Below, one piece after another: positions 17,287-27,044 of a stretch of 40,000 nucleotides of DNA. Under the pieces are notes generated by a model that was not told where the DNA came from, made no database searches, and was given only the letters and a program-made list of their open reading frames with translations. Location of the stretch: the sequence record NC_055897.1; one strand, 5' to 3'. How positions within the stretch are numbered: the first letter of the stretch is position 1; each line of letters opens with the position of its first letter. This DNA is from an uncultured phage cr114_1. The translations under genes were made by a program, and so were the position numbers.

Positions 17287-17557
17287 AGAAGAATCATTAA
17301 TCTTAATAAGATTAGAGAAAATAACAGCTGAAGACGATAATGCTTCAGAGTCTATGAAGAATATGCTTAATGTGGTAGAAAAGAATATAGAAGAAGACCG
17401 CATTACATATGCAGACTTTAAGAATCTTATCGCTAAATTCCTCGAAGAAGCTACAGCAAATTCTACTGAAGAAACAACGAAAGAGGATAGATCTAAAATA
17501 GTTGAAGGTATTTGTAATAAGGTGATAGAATATTATGGAGCAGGGAAAGAAGAATGA
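17270..17557 (+). CDS. hypothetical acidic protein
   Basis: 95 aa, TGA stop. Confidence 0.65.
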   Translation: MKTMSKEESLILIRLEKITAEDDNASESMKNMLNVVEKNIEEDRITYADFKNLIAKFLEEATANSTEETTKEDRSKIVEGICNKVIEYYGAGKEE

Positions 17558-17876
17558 CCAAGATAAGGTTAGAATGGATTTAGTTCCTCTTGAAGCAGTA
17601 GAACACATCGCTGAAGTTCTTACGATGGGTTGTAAGAAGTATGGTGAGAATAGCTGGCAAAACTTACCTGATTTTTATAAACGTTACGAAGCAGCTCTAT
17701 TAAGACACCTTACTGCGATTGATAAAGGAGAACTGATAGATCCAGAGTCTAAGTTACCCCACATAGATCACGTACTATGTAATGCTATGTTTCTTAGTTG
17801 GGGATATCATAATGGGAAAGCTATTAACATTCATGTAAAAGATATTGATAATGAATATAACGAAGGAAAGTCTTGA
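17535..17876 (+). CDS. dATP/dGTP diphosphohydrolase-like (DUF5664-like) protein
   Basis: 113 aa; 'KNDQDKVRMDLVPLEAVEHIAEVLTMGCKKYGENSWQNLPDFYKRYEAALLRHLTAIDKGELIDPESKLPHIDHVLCNAMFL' matches the family pattern as I know it. Confidence 0.75.
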   Translation: MEQGKKNDQDKVRMDLVPLEAVEHIAEVLTMGCKKYGENSWQNLPDFYKRYEAALLRHLTAIDKGELIDPESKLPHIDHVLCNAMFLSWGYHNGKAINIHVKDIDNEYNEGKS

Positions 17877-18021
17877 ACAAGAGATAGAGATATATCAGAA
17901 TATAGTAGAGAAGTATCAGAACAACCCTGAGTATGTTAACCCTAACTGCTCTGAAATGCAAGCTCAGATAATACTTACTAGACTAAAGAAAGAATATTAT
18001 ACGGATTATAGAATAGATTAA
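17851..18021 (+). CDS. 56 aa hypothetical protein
   Basis: MNITKESLEQEIEIYQNIVEKYQNNPEYVNPNCSEMQAQIILTRLKKEYYTDYRID, TAA. Below the track cutoff but fills the gap. Confidence 0.55.
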   Translation: MNITKESLEQEIEIYQNIVEKYQNNPEYVNPNCSEMQAQIILTRLKKEYYTDYRID

Positions 18022-18023
18022 TT

Positions 18024-18383
18024 ATGGAACATATAATTGGATACAATTTTGAGTACATACTCAAAGGTAGTAATGTAGAAGATATCGTAGTTACTAGAGG
18101 TAAATATACCGCAACATTACGTTACTTGCACATAGCCGAAGAAGACGGTAGAATATATACTGAAGATAGTTACATACCTTACAAGAAAGGACAGGCTATT
18201 GCGCTTCTTGATGTATATGGTGATTTTTATTGCAACCGCCCAATAGTATTTGATACTGTTGAAGATTTAAAAGCTATATTCGAAGCAGAAAAGAAAAAGT
18301 ACGAAGAGGATAAAGCTAAGCAGCGAGAGATGACTGACGAGGTTTGTTGCGATTGTGCATGTATTAATTGTACTAAAGCCTAA
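18024..18383 (+). CDS. hypothetical protein with C-terminal Cys cluster
   Basis: 119 aa ending 'CCDCACINCTKA', TAA. Confidence 0.7.
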   Translation: MEHIIGYNFEYILKGSNVEDIVVTRGKYTATLRYLHIAEEDGRIYTEDSYIPYKKGQAIALLDVYGDFYCNRPIVFDTVEDLKAIFEAEKKKYEEDKAKQREMTDEVCCDCACINCTKA

Positions 18384-18922
18384 TGAAATTATTCGATATA
18401 ATAGGAGGTAATGTCACCATACATGAAGAGGCTCTCGCTATTCCTGCTTTCAAAAGAATATGGGAACAAGATAAAGCAGATAAACAACATGCTATTGCAG
18501 TAATAAGTTATATAGTGTTTAAGAATAAATGGGATAGCCCCTATGTACTTAGTATGCCTGCTGATACATTAGAATCAGCTCTAAAGACAGAGTTCCTAGC
18601 TCCAGATTACCAACTTACTGCAGATGAAATAATAGCAGAAGAGTCATATAGACATCTCCAGTATACTCGTACTTTAGCTATGTTAGATAGCATTAGACTG
18701 AAACTAGATACATTTACTAAGTATTACAAAGATAGTCTGGATGAAGAATTAGACGAAAAGAAGATAGAGAAATACTTAGCTGGATTTGGTAAAGTAAAAG
18801 ATACTTATGTTACTATAGATTTCTTAGAGAAAGCGGTTAAAGCTGGAGAAATCAATACTACTAAAGTTAAAGGTGACGCTCAAATTAACCCATTTGAATT
18901 ACCACAGAATGTTAGAAAATAA
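18383..18922 (+). CDS. hypothetical protein (possibly virion-associated)
   Basis: 179 aa, TAA, no in-frame TAG. Confidence 0.75.
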   Translation: MKLFDIIGGNVTIHEEALAIPAFKRIWEQDKADKQHAIAVISYIVFKNKWDSPYVLSMPADTLESALKTEFLAPDYQLTADEIIAEESYRHLQYTRTLAMLDSIRLKLDTFTKYYKDSLDEELDEKKIEKYLAGFGKVKDTYVTIDFLEKAVKAGEINTTKVKGDAQINPFELPQNVRK

Positions 18923-18924
18923 CA

Positions 18925-19137
18925 TTGAATGAATACAAAAAAATAACAACAACGTTTAACAAGACAAACAAAGAGATTATGAAGAAGAATATTGAAATGC
19001 CGGATGTAATTGTCGATTTAACAGACGAAACTAAGACAGTGGAAGAAGCTATTGCAGAATGTGAAGCTGCACGTAAGGTAGCACAACCCTGGTTGAAGCG
19101 AGTTACCAAACGTATCAAAAGTTGGTTTAAGAAATAA
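18925..19137 (+). CDS. small basic-tailed protein; start may be 18979
   Basis: 70 aa ending WLKRVTKRIKSWFKK; internal MKKNIEMPDVIVDLTDETK start equally plausible. Confidence 0.5.
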   Translation: MNEYKKITTTFNKTNKEIMKKNIEMPDVIVDLTDETKTVEEAIAECEAARKVAQPWLKRVTKRIKSWFKK

Positions 19138-19181
19138 TTCAGTGACGTCTGAGGATGCGTCTTTAAAGAAATCCTCATCAT

Positions 19182-19259
19182 TGGGGCGTGGTATAATTGG
19201 TAGTACCGGAGATTCTAAACCTCTGTGATGTGCGGGTTCGAGCCCTGCCGCCCCAACCA
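19182..19259 (+). tRNA. amber suppressor tRNA (anticodon CTA), likely charged with Gln
   Basis: TGGGGCG acceptor pairs CGCCCCA; D arm GTAT..GTAC; anticodon arm GGAGA-TTCTAAA-CCTCT (anticodon 19215-19217, one A-C mismatch at 31-39); T arm GCGGG-TTCGAGC-CCTGC; encoded CCA. U1-A72, G2-C71 and G3-C70 match bacterial tRNA-Gln identity pairs. Confidence 0.92.
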
Positions 19260-19282
19260 TTTTTCATATAAAACTTGCAGAT

Positions 19283-20233
19283 ATGACATATAGAGATATA
19301 GACCCCAAACTAGCTGGAATATATATTATCAAGAATAATTTAAATGATAAATGCTACATAGGTCAAAGTATTAAGCTTAGATCAAGATTAAAAGATCATA
19401 TGCGAAATGCTAAAAACGGTAAGTTAGACTTACCTATTTATAGAGCAATTCGTAAATATGGGTTTCACAACTTTACTGTAGATATACTTGAATCATTTAT
19501 TCCTGATCCTAATTTATCCAATGAAGAATTAATTAAACAATTAGATCAACTAGAGATAAGGTACATAGAACAATACAAAGCATACGAAGAAGGGTATAAT
19601 TGTACTAAAGGCGGTGATTTTGGAGTACTAGGGCTTAAGATGACTACTGAACAAAAGAAAAAAGTATCTGAAAATACAAAAAAATTAGTCTCTAAAGGAG
19701 TATTCGGAAAACGAGTGTATTTGTATAATTTTGTTGAAAAATATTATATATATGCTTGGACTGTCAAAGATGCTGCTAACATTACTAAGCTAAGTAGATC
19801 TAATATAAGCAAACTGTGTAATAATAATTACACAAATCCTTTTTGCGGTAATTATATAGCATCATACTCCAAGGAAGAACTAGAAGACAAAAAAACTAGT
19901 ATTTTCCAGCAGATAGAAGAACACAAAACTAGAAAAACACATTGTAGTGGTACTACTTGGTTCAAAGGTATGATAGGCTTAAATAAGGGCAAGAAAATGT
20001 CTGAAGAACAAAAAGAAAAATTAAGAAAGGCTTCTACTAAGTACATAGTATATCAATATGATCTAGATAACGTATTAGTTGCAACCTATGAAGGTATGCA
20101 CAATGCTGCTAAAGCTGTAAACATAGATTATAGATCTATACAAAGAGCTTGTAGTGGTAGAGCTAAAACATGCAAAGGTTTTATATGGAAAAAAGTATTA
20201 AAGCAGTCTGACTGCAAGCAGACTGCAAACTAA
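19283..20233 (+). CDS. GIY-YIG homing endonuclease with NUMOD-type C-terminal modules
   Basis: 316 aa; 'AGIYIIKNNLNDKCYIGQSIKLRSRLKDHMRNAK...LEIRYIEQYKAYEEGYNCTKGGDFG', then 'GLNKGKKMSEEQKEKLRKAS' and 'VATYEGMHNAAKAVNIDYRSIQRACSGRAKTCKGFIWK'. Confidence 0.92.
   Translation: MTYRDIDPKLAGIYIIKNNLNDKCYIGQSIKLRSRLKDHMRNAKNGKLDLPIYRAIRKYGFHNFTVDILESFIPDPNLSNEELIKQLDQLEIRYIEQYKAYEEGYNCTKGGDFGVLGLKMTTEQKKKVSENTKKLVSKGVFGKRVYLYNFVEKYYIYAWTVKDAANITKLSRSNISKLCNNNYTNPFCGNYIASYSKEELEDKKTSIFQQIEEHKTRKTHCSGTTWFKGMIGLNKGKKMSEEQKEKLRKASTKYIVYQYDLDNVLVATYEGMHNAAKAVNIDYRSIQRACSGRAKTCKGFIWKKVLKQSDCKQTAN
20203..20226 (+). other. hairpin at the 3' end of the GIY-YIG ORF
   Basis: GCAGTCTG-actgcaag-CAGACTGC, perfect 8-bp stem overlapping the last codons. 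Confidence 0.6.
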
Positions 20234-20310
20234 GTGGGCGTCTAAACAACGCATCGTAACCGCCTAAGTCACTTGCTATCTGATCAATAGTAAATACAGC
20301 TAATGAAGGA

Positions 20311-20356
20311 CTGGATCGTAAGCCAGCGTGTTGACAGGAGTCACGCATAATCCTGT
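20311..20356 (+). ncRNA. candidate H-type pseudoknot RNA between HEG and tRNA-Met
   Basis: CTGG..CCAG; GCGTG (20326-20330) / CACGC (20342-20346), whose loop ACAGGA (20334-20339) pairs with TCCTGT (20351-20356). Confidence 0.4.
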
Positions 20357-20360
20357 GTAC

Positions 20361-20430
20361 TGCGGATTGGAGAAATGGCATCTCATATGGCTCATAACCA
20401 TAAGTTCCCGTTCGAGTCGAGGGTCCGCAA
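20361..20430 (+). tRNA. tRNA-Met (anticodon CAT), somewhat degenerate
   Basis: TGCGGAT / GTCCGCA acceptor; D arm GAG..CTC; anticodon arm TATGG-CTCATAA-CCATA; T arm TCCCG-TTCGAGT-CGAGG with one mismatch; short variable loop; CCA not encoded. Confidence 0.75.
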
Positions 20431-20464
20431 CACCTTATGGTTTTTTATCTTAAAAACTAAGCTG

Positions 20465-20496
20465 AAGGGGTTCGTTGTGAAACGCGCCCCTTTTTT
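20465..20496 (+). terminator. rho-independent terminator between tRNA-Met and terL
   Basis: AAGGGG-tt-CGTT-gtga-AACG-cg-CCCCTTTTTT. Confidence 0.88.
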
Positions 20497-20579
20497 AAAT
20501 AGCAATATGATAGACTTTTATGATAGAATAAGTTGGTATTATTCAGAAGAGTATAGTTATAGGAAGAAACATAGAAAAC

Positions 20580-22625
20580 ATGGTTGATTTTACTAAAAAA
20601 ATTAAATTTTCTAATAAATTCAGAGGTCCAGCTTTATAGTTTATAAAGACAGGATAGTATTGTCCTTACCCTAAAGGTACGGCCGAATATATGCGTTTCT
20701 GGTAGGCAGAAGCGGATAAATGTATTGATGGTTATACTGCTGATGATGGAGACTATATCAGTGGGTATAACTATTTTTATTTAAACTACTGCCCTATCAA
20801 TAGATCTGTAAACAAGTAGGTTAACGGTAAATGGGTAACTACTCGTGAAGTTACATTTCCTGATTTCTGGGATTATGACTATTACTATTTTCAATGTGTA
20901 GATGAAGCTAAAATAGAAGGTAAACATCTATGTGTATTAAAGTCTAGACGTAAAGGTTATTCATATAAAGCAGGCTCTATGTTATGTCGTAACTACTATT
21001 TAATACCTAACTCTAAGTCATATGTATATGCCTCAAATAAGCAATATTTGACTGATGATGGTGTACTTACTAAAGCCTGGGACTACATGGACTTTATTGA
21101 TGAGCATACTGCGTGGGGTAAGAAACGTAGTGTTAACACTCAGATGCGTAGACGTGCTGGTATGCTTATCAAGGATGAATATGGCAATCAAATAGAGGTA
21201 GGTTATAAGTCTGAAATCATTGGCGTTACTTTGAAAGACAATCCTGATGTAGTGCGTGGTAAATTAGCTAATCTTATCATGTTTGAGGAAGCTGGTTCTT
21301 TCAAGGAGTTAAGCGCAGCATGGCAGATTGCTAGACCTTCTGTAGAAGTAGATGGTAAAGCATTTGGTACTATGATTGCATACGGTACAGGTGGTGATAC
21401 AGACTCTAACTTTGCTACACTTAAAGAGATGTTTTATCATCCTGATGGTTATAATTGTCTAAGTCTAGATAATATATGGGATGAAAACGTATAGAATACT
21501 AAGTGTGGATTCTTTATACCTCAGTATACAAATATGGACTTACGTGATGAAAACGGTAAGCGTTTGTATATGGATGAGGATGGTAATACTCTTACTATCA
21601 AAGCACGTACTTATATACTTGAAGAACGTAAGATAATAATATAGAATTCAACTAGTTCTGTAGCAGTAGATAGGTATGTAGCTGAACGCCCTATTACTCC
21701 AGCAGAAGCATGTCTTGAATTCAATGGTAATATATTCCCTAAGAAAGAGTTACAGGAGTAGTTAGCCAAAATACGTACTAATAAGAAACTTACTAATCAC
21801 AAATAGGTAGGAGATCTAGTATGGGAATCTGATGGATCTCTTAAATGGATAGTAAAGAAACAAGGAGATATTAACCATTATCCTCTTAATAAAGATGATG
21901 ATCCTACTGGTTCTATAGTAATATGGGAACACCCTGTGTAGGATGCTCCTATTGGGTTATATATACTAGGAGTAGACCCTTATGATCATGATCAATCTGG
22001 TACTAATTCATTAGGTTCTACATTTGTTTATAAGCGTTTCTAGGGCTTTGAAAATTACTATGATATAATCGTAGCAGAGTATACTGGAAGACCTGCTACA
22101 GCTGAAGAATACTATGAAAACTTACGTAAATTAGCAGTTTATTACAACGGTAGGATTATGTATGAAAATGAGCGTAAAGGCTTGTTTCCATATTTTACTG
22201 CTAAACATTGTGATTATCTTTTGGCTGATTAGCCAGACATTATATCTGATATTGTTAGCAATTCAAAAGTGCAGCGAAAGAAAGGATGTCACATGAACAA
22301 GTAGATCAAACAATGGGGAGAAGGATTGATTAAAGACTGGCTTAACGATGAGAAATCTCCTGGTCATAAGAATCTACACGATATATTATCAGAACCGCTA
22401 TTAGAAGAACTTATAGGTTATAATGACATAGGTAACTTTGACCGAGTGATGGCGTTGATGCAAGTAATGATTTATAGGGAACAACTATACAATGTAGTTG
22501 TTAAAGAGAAGAAAAAAAGTAATAGGGAAAGACTACTATTCGACGGTCCCTTATTTACTTATAGTAATTATAGTTATGACGATAACTATGATCAAGTCGA
22601 AGAAGATGTATATACATTTAATTAA
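20580..22625 (+). CDS. terL: terminase large subunit (TAG-recoded)
   Basis: One frame from ATG 20580 to TAA 22623-22625 (681 aa) with 12 in-frame TAGs. Fragments 20979-21494 and 22326-22625 are in this frame. 'VLKSRRKGYSYKAGSMLCRNYYLIP', 'YGTGGDTDSNFATLKEMFYHPDGYNC', 'YILGVDPYDHDQSGTNSLGSTFVYKRF', typical of crAss-like TerL. Confidence 0.93.
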
Positions 22626-22631
22626 CATAAT

Positions 22632-25142
22632 ATGATAAGTAAAAATATTGGTTCGTTTCCAGTTTAGAAATTACCTATGTCTAAGAAGACAAAGGAATGG
22701 AAAGAGAACTGCGTTGACTATATTATCGGGAAATCTGGATTTAGCAATGGTGGTGGAAACAATGGACGTACTAGATATGAAGAGATGCAAACATACTATG
22801 ATTTATACAATAGTATCTATAATGAAAAAGATCTCTTATATGTCACTAATCCATTTAAATAGAAAGACGGATTCCCTGCTACTGCTTAGGATTACAACAT
22901 AATTAAACCAAAGATAGATTTACTACTAGGGGAAGAGACTAAAAGACCATTTAACTTTAAAGTAGTACGTACTAGTGATAATGCTACTAGTGAAATGTAG
23001 GAGAAAGCTAAGCAGATGCTTACTGACTATATCATGGGTATGATTACTGCTAATATGGGTTAGGAGGGAGCAATACGATTCCAACAAGCCATATAGTCTG
23101 GGGAAATACTCCCTCCTGAGTAGATACAGAAATACTTAAATAAAGACTATAAAGACATAGCAGAAACTACAGCCTATCATAGTCTTAATTACTTAAAGAA
23201 TAAGCTAAACATAACTCATGAGTTTTATAAAGGCTGGAAAGACGCATTAATAGCTGGAGAAGAGATATACTATGTCGGTATTGTTAATGGAGACCCATAT
23301 TTAGAGAGAGTAAATCCATTATACTTTAGTTATGACTAGAGTGCTGACTTAGAATTCATACATGATTCAGATTGGTGTTGTCGTAAGATGATTATGTCAG
23401 CTACTGAGATATATGACAGATTCTATGACAAAATGTCAGAAAGTCAATTGAATGAATTACTAGAGATGATTGAAGATACTAGTAGAGGAGGTATTAATCC
23501 TGAGATGAGAAAGTCTTCATTAGATTATCCTCATATTAAAACTCATAGTATTAACAGTCTTAGTTCTAATCCATTTGAAGGTAGCGATAATATTAATGTA
23601 TGGCACTGCTGCTGGAAGTCATTTAAGAAAATAGGATTCATCACTTATTAGGACCCTGAAACTGGCGAGATTGATGAAGTACAAGTAGATGAATCCTATA
23701 AAGTTACAGGTTTCGAGCTAAACGTAGAATGGTCTTGGATCATCGAAGTATGGGAAGGTTATAGAGTTGGTGAAGATTTATATATAGGAATACAACCTCT
23801 TGAGTACCAACATATATCTGCTGATAATCTTAACTCATAGAAATTACCATATACTGGAGTAGTATATAATAATACTAATAGTTCTCCTAGATCATTAGTA
23901 AGTATGATGAAACCATTGCAATATATGTACATTGTGTTATGGTATAGACTCGAATTAGCTATGGCTAGAGACAAAGGTAAAGTACCTGTTATTGACGTTA
24001 CTTAGATACCTAAGTCTATGGGTATTGATGTCAATAAGTGGATGCATTACTTAGGTGCTTTAGGTGTAGCATTTATCAATCCTTACGAAGAAGGCTGGGA
24101 TATACCTGGTAGAGAAGGTGGTAAACCATCTCAATTCAATCAGTTTACTTCTCTTGATTTGACTATGGCTAGTACTATAGACTAGTATATCAATCTTATG
24201 AATAAGATCGAAGACATGGTGTCAGAGATATCAGGAGTAAGTAAGCAACGTGAGGGTTCTATTGCGTCTAATGAGCTAGTAGGCAATGTTGAACGTTCTG
24301 TAGTACAATCTGCTCATATTACTGAGCCTTGGTTTTGGGTTCACAATTAGGTAAAACGTGAGGCACTTACTATGCTATTAGATACATCAAAAGTAGCATG
24401 GAAGGGTAACAAGCGTTGTTTACATTATATACTTGATGATGCCACTAGAGCCTTTATATCATTATCGGATGATTTCTTCTATGAAGATATGGATATATTT
24501 GTTGATGATACTACTAAGAATCAACAGCAAGTTGAAGCTCTTAAACAACTTATGCAACCTGCTATGTAGAATGGAGCTAGTCTACTTGATATTGCTGAGA
24601 TTATTACTATGGATAATATAAGTATGATCAAAGGCCGTCTTGAAGAAATTGAGCAAAAACGTATGGAGCAGCAACAATAGATGGAACAGGCTCAGGCTGA
24701 ACGTGAACAGCAAATGGCTCAAATGCAGAATGAGATTAAAGAAGAAGAGCTGATGCTTAAAGAAGCTGAAATGGATCTTAAGAAATATGAAATCGATGCT
24801 AACAACGCTACTAAGATTACTGTTGCTCAATTGAATGCTTATAGAGGTGCTGAAGATATGGATCAAGACGGATCAGGAGTACCTGATGTAATTGAAATAG
24901 GTAAACAAGCTATCGAACAATAGAAAGTAAATTCTGACATTGCTTCTAAACAATTTGAATTTAATAACAAGAGACGTGAAATGGAAATGAAACGTGATAT
25001 TGAGAACAAAAAGATTGAACTCGAAAAGCAGAGAATGAAGCAAGAGTTAGAATTACAGAAATAGAAAGATAAAGCTGCGATGGAACGTGAACGTTTAAAA
25101 GCACGTACAGCAAAACAGAATAAAGTTGTAGGAGAGAAGTAA
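22632..25142 (+). CDS. portal protein (TAG-recoded)
   Basis: One frame ATG 22632 to TAA 25140-25142 (836 aa), about 17 in-frame TAGs; position after terL; long charged/coiled C-terminus. Confidence 0.85.
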
Positions 25143-25143
25143 T

Positions 25144-25527
25144 ATGAATATATTAAAGAAAATAGGTCTATATTTGTGGCAATTGCCTCAAAACATAATA
25201 GGTAAAGTATTATTTGGGTTGTATCCTGGTTATACCACAGAGATAGACGATAATGCTAAAGTAAGGATATCTAATAGGATGTCTGGAGGTATTACTCTTG
25301 GTAAATACATAATTGTTCGTAATGCAAGATCTATCAAGCATGAATACGGGCATACTATACAAAGTAAGTATCTTGGTCCATTGTATCTGTTAGTAATAGG
25401 TTTGCCTTCTATACTTCATGCATCTATACATAGAAGCTGGTGTAAGAATAAAGACTACTATCATTTCTATACAGAAAAATGGGCTAATAAATTGAGTGAT
25501 AAATATTATAAAGTTAAGGAGGACTAA
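25144..25527 (+). CDS. zincin-like protein with HExxH
   Basis: 127 aa; 'ARSIKHEYGHTIQSKYLGPLYLLVIGLPS'. Confidence 0.75.
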   Translation: MNILKKIGLYLWQLPQNIIGKVLFGLYPGYTTEIDDNAKVRISNRMSGGITLGKYIIVRNARSIKHEYGHTIQSKYLGPLYLLVIGLPSILHASIHRSWCKNKDYYHFYTEKWANKLSDKYYKVKED

Positions 25528-25530
25528 ATT

Positions 25531-25593
25531 ATGGCATGCGGAGGAAAGAAATCTGGAAGCAAAAAAGGTAAAGGCGGAAAGAAAAGTAAATAA
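25531..25593 (+). CDS. 20 aa Lys/Gly-rich microprotein
   Basis: MACGGKKSGSKKGKGGKKSK, TAA; preceded by 'aaggagg'. Confidence 0.55.
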   Translation: MACGGKKSGSKKGKGGKKSK

Positions 25594-25595
25594 TT

Positions 25596-26525
25596 ATGGA
25601 TAGAAACGCATTTAAACGGAGAATGCAAGCCCTAAAGTCTTACCGGGAAAATAATCCCGGTAAAGGCTATTGGGACTGGAAAGTGTAGTCTTTCGAGGAT
25701 GGTAGTGAAGTAAGTAGAGAATAGCAAGCCATATAGAATGCATTAAACGCTAAGGGTACACCTAACCAGTTTATGGATACTTGGAATTAGGCAAGACTGG
25801 CTACTGGTAACTTTAATGATTAGTTAGGTGATGGTAAGTTAGAACTACAAAAGGCTAATAGAGATGCAACTGCTATCTATAAAAGTCCTATAACTTACGG
25901 CTTTAATTCGTACCTAAGAGGCACTCCTGTAATGAAATCCGCTACTATGACAGAGTAGGAAGCTATACAAAGACATATACAGGATGCTAAGAGATTTGGT
26001 ATTGGAACTAAGATTAGAATGTAGAATCCGGATTAGAAAGGATTAGTAGGTACTTAGACAATTGCTGGAGAGTATAGCCCTAAAGGTAAGGCAATATATG
26101 CTTCAACTGAAAATGTATTAACACATGAATAGGCGCATGCATCCAATGCGTATCCTCAAGAGAATAGAATACAAGAGATATTAGGAGGATAGAATAAAGC
26201 TACTACTGATTACTTAGATAGGCCTACTGAAGTATACTCTAGATTGATGAACTTTAGGCAAACTAACCAAATAGATCCGAATAAAGTATGGGATAAAGAT
26301 TCTCTGAAAGAATTAAGAAAGACAGCTATTGACGATGATCTACTAAATAGATATAAAGATGAACAAATAATAGACATATTCAATACTGTTGCTGACATAG
26401 GCACTGAACGTAATTACGATCAACCTTAGTATTTAGCAGAAGGTGGTGAAGTAGGAGATCCAGATGATGAATTTATTCAAGCAGTTAATACTAATACTTG
26501 GAGTAGGAGCCGTAGGAGCAAATAA
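25596..26525 (+). CDS. zincin-like metallopeptidase (TAG-recoded)
   Basis: One frame ATG 25596 to TAA 26523-26525 (309 aa) with 12 in-frame TAGs. Reads '...ENVLTHE[TAG]AHASNAYPQENRIQEILGG...', i.e. HEQAH if TAG=Gln. Confidence 0.8.
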
Positions 26526-26539
26526 ATATTTTACAAGCA

Positions 26540-26815
26540 ATGAAAACAGAGACTGATCGTAAGTTATATACTTATGTGACAGGGGTTAATACTCTAGATA
26601 AATACAAAGAGGAGCATTCATATCATTACTTACCAGATGTTATAATGCCTCCGTCACAGGATTCTTATAACATAGAAGACATCTTATCAGAAGATTAGAT
26701 AAATGCAATCAAGCTATTTGAAGATAAAAAATATTTTACATAGGAAGAAGCTCACGAAGTAATAGAATTCTTAATAAGAAGATGCTATGAATTAGGAGCT
26801 ACTAAGAATTATTAA
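26540..26815 (+). CDS. hypothetical protein (TAG-recoded)
   Basis: MKTETDRKLYTYVTGVNTLDKYKEEHSYHYLPDVIMPPSQDSYNIEDILSED[TAG]INAIKLFEDKKYFT[TAG]EEAHEVIEFLIRRCYELGATKNY, TAA. Confidence 0.7.
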
Positions 26816-26816
26816 T

Positions 26817-27026
26817 ATGTTACAATATCCACAGTATCCAATACCTAACTATAAGAATGGAGGGATACATATAAAGAAAAAGAATAGAGGTAAGTTTAAT
26901 GCCTTAAAGAAAAGAACTGGTAAGACAACTGAAGAGCTTACACACAGTAAGAACTCATTAACTCGTAAGAGGGCTATCTTTGCTTAGAACTTTAGTAGGA
27001 TAGCCAAAAAGAGAAAGAAGAAATAA
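26817..27026 (+). CDS. small basic conserved-type protein (TAG-recoded)
   Basis: MLQYPQYPIPNYKNGGIHIKKKNRGKFNALKKRTGKTTEELTHSKNSLTRKRAIFA[TAG]NFSRIAKKRKKK, TAA. Confidence 0.75.
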
Positions 27027-27044
27027 ATCTAATTATATATAATT

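Noticed and set aside
19018-19260. - strand ORF MVGAAGLEPAHHRG...
   Set aside because: Reverse complement of the suppressor tRNA, giving the familiar spurious tRNA-derived peptide; antisense to a real gene.
20465-20496. Terminator region considered as a decayed third tRNA
   Set aside because: The T-loop-like TTCG is coincidental; the stem plus T6 fits a rho-independent terminator better.
20375-20587. + strand ORF MASHMAHNHKFPFES...
   Set aside because: Lies over tRNA-Met and the terminator; the N-terminal part is tRNA sequence. Its end overlaps the terL start.
20580-25142. TAG codons in terL/portal interpreted as pseudogenisation
   Set aside because: All breaks are TAG, never TAA or TGA, no frameshifts are needed, and a CUA tRNA is present.
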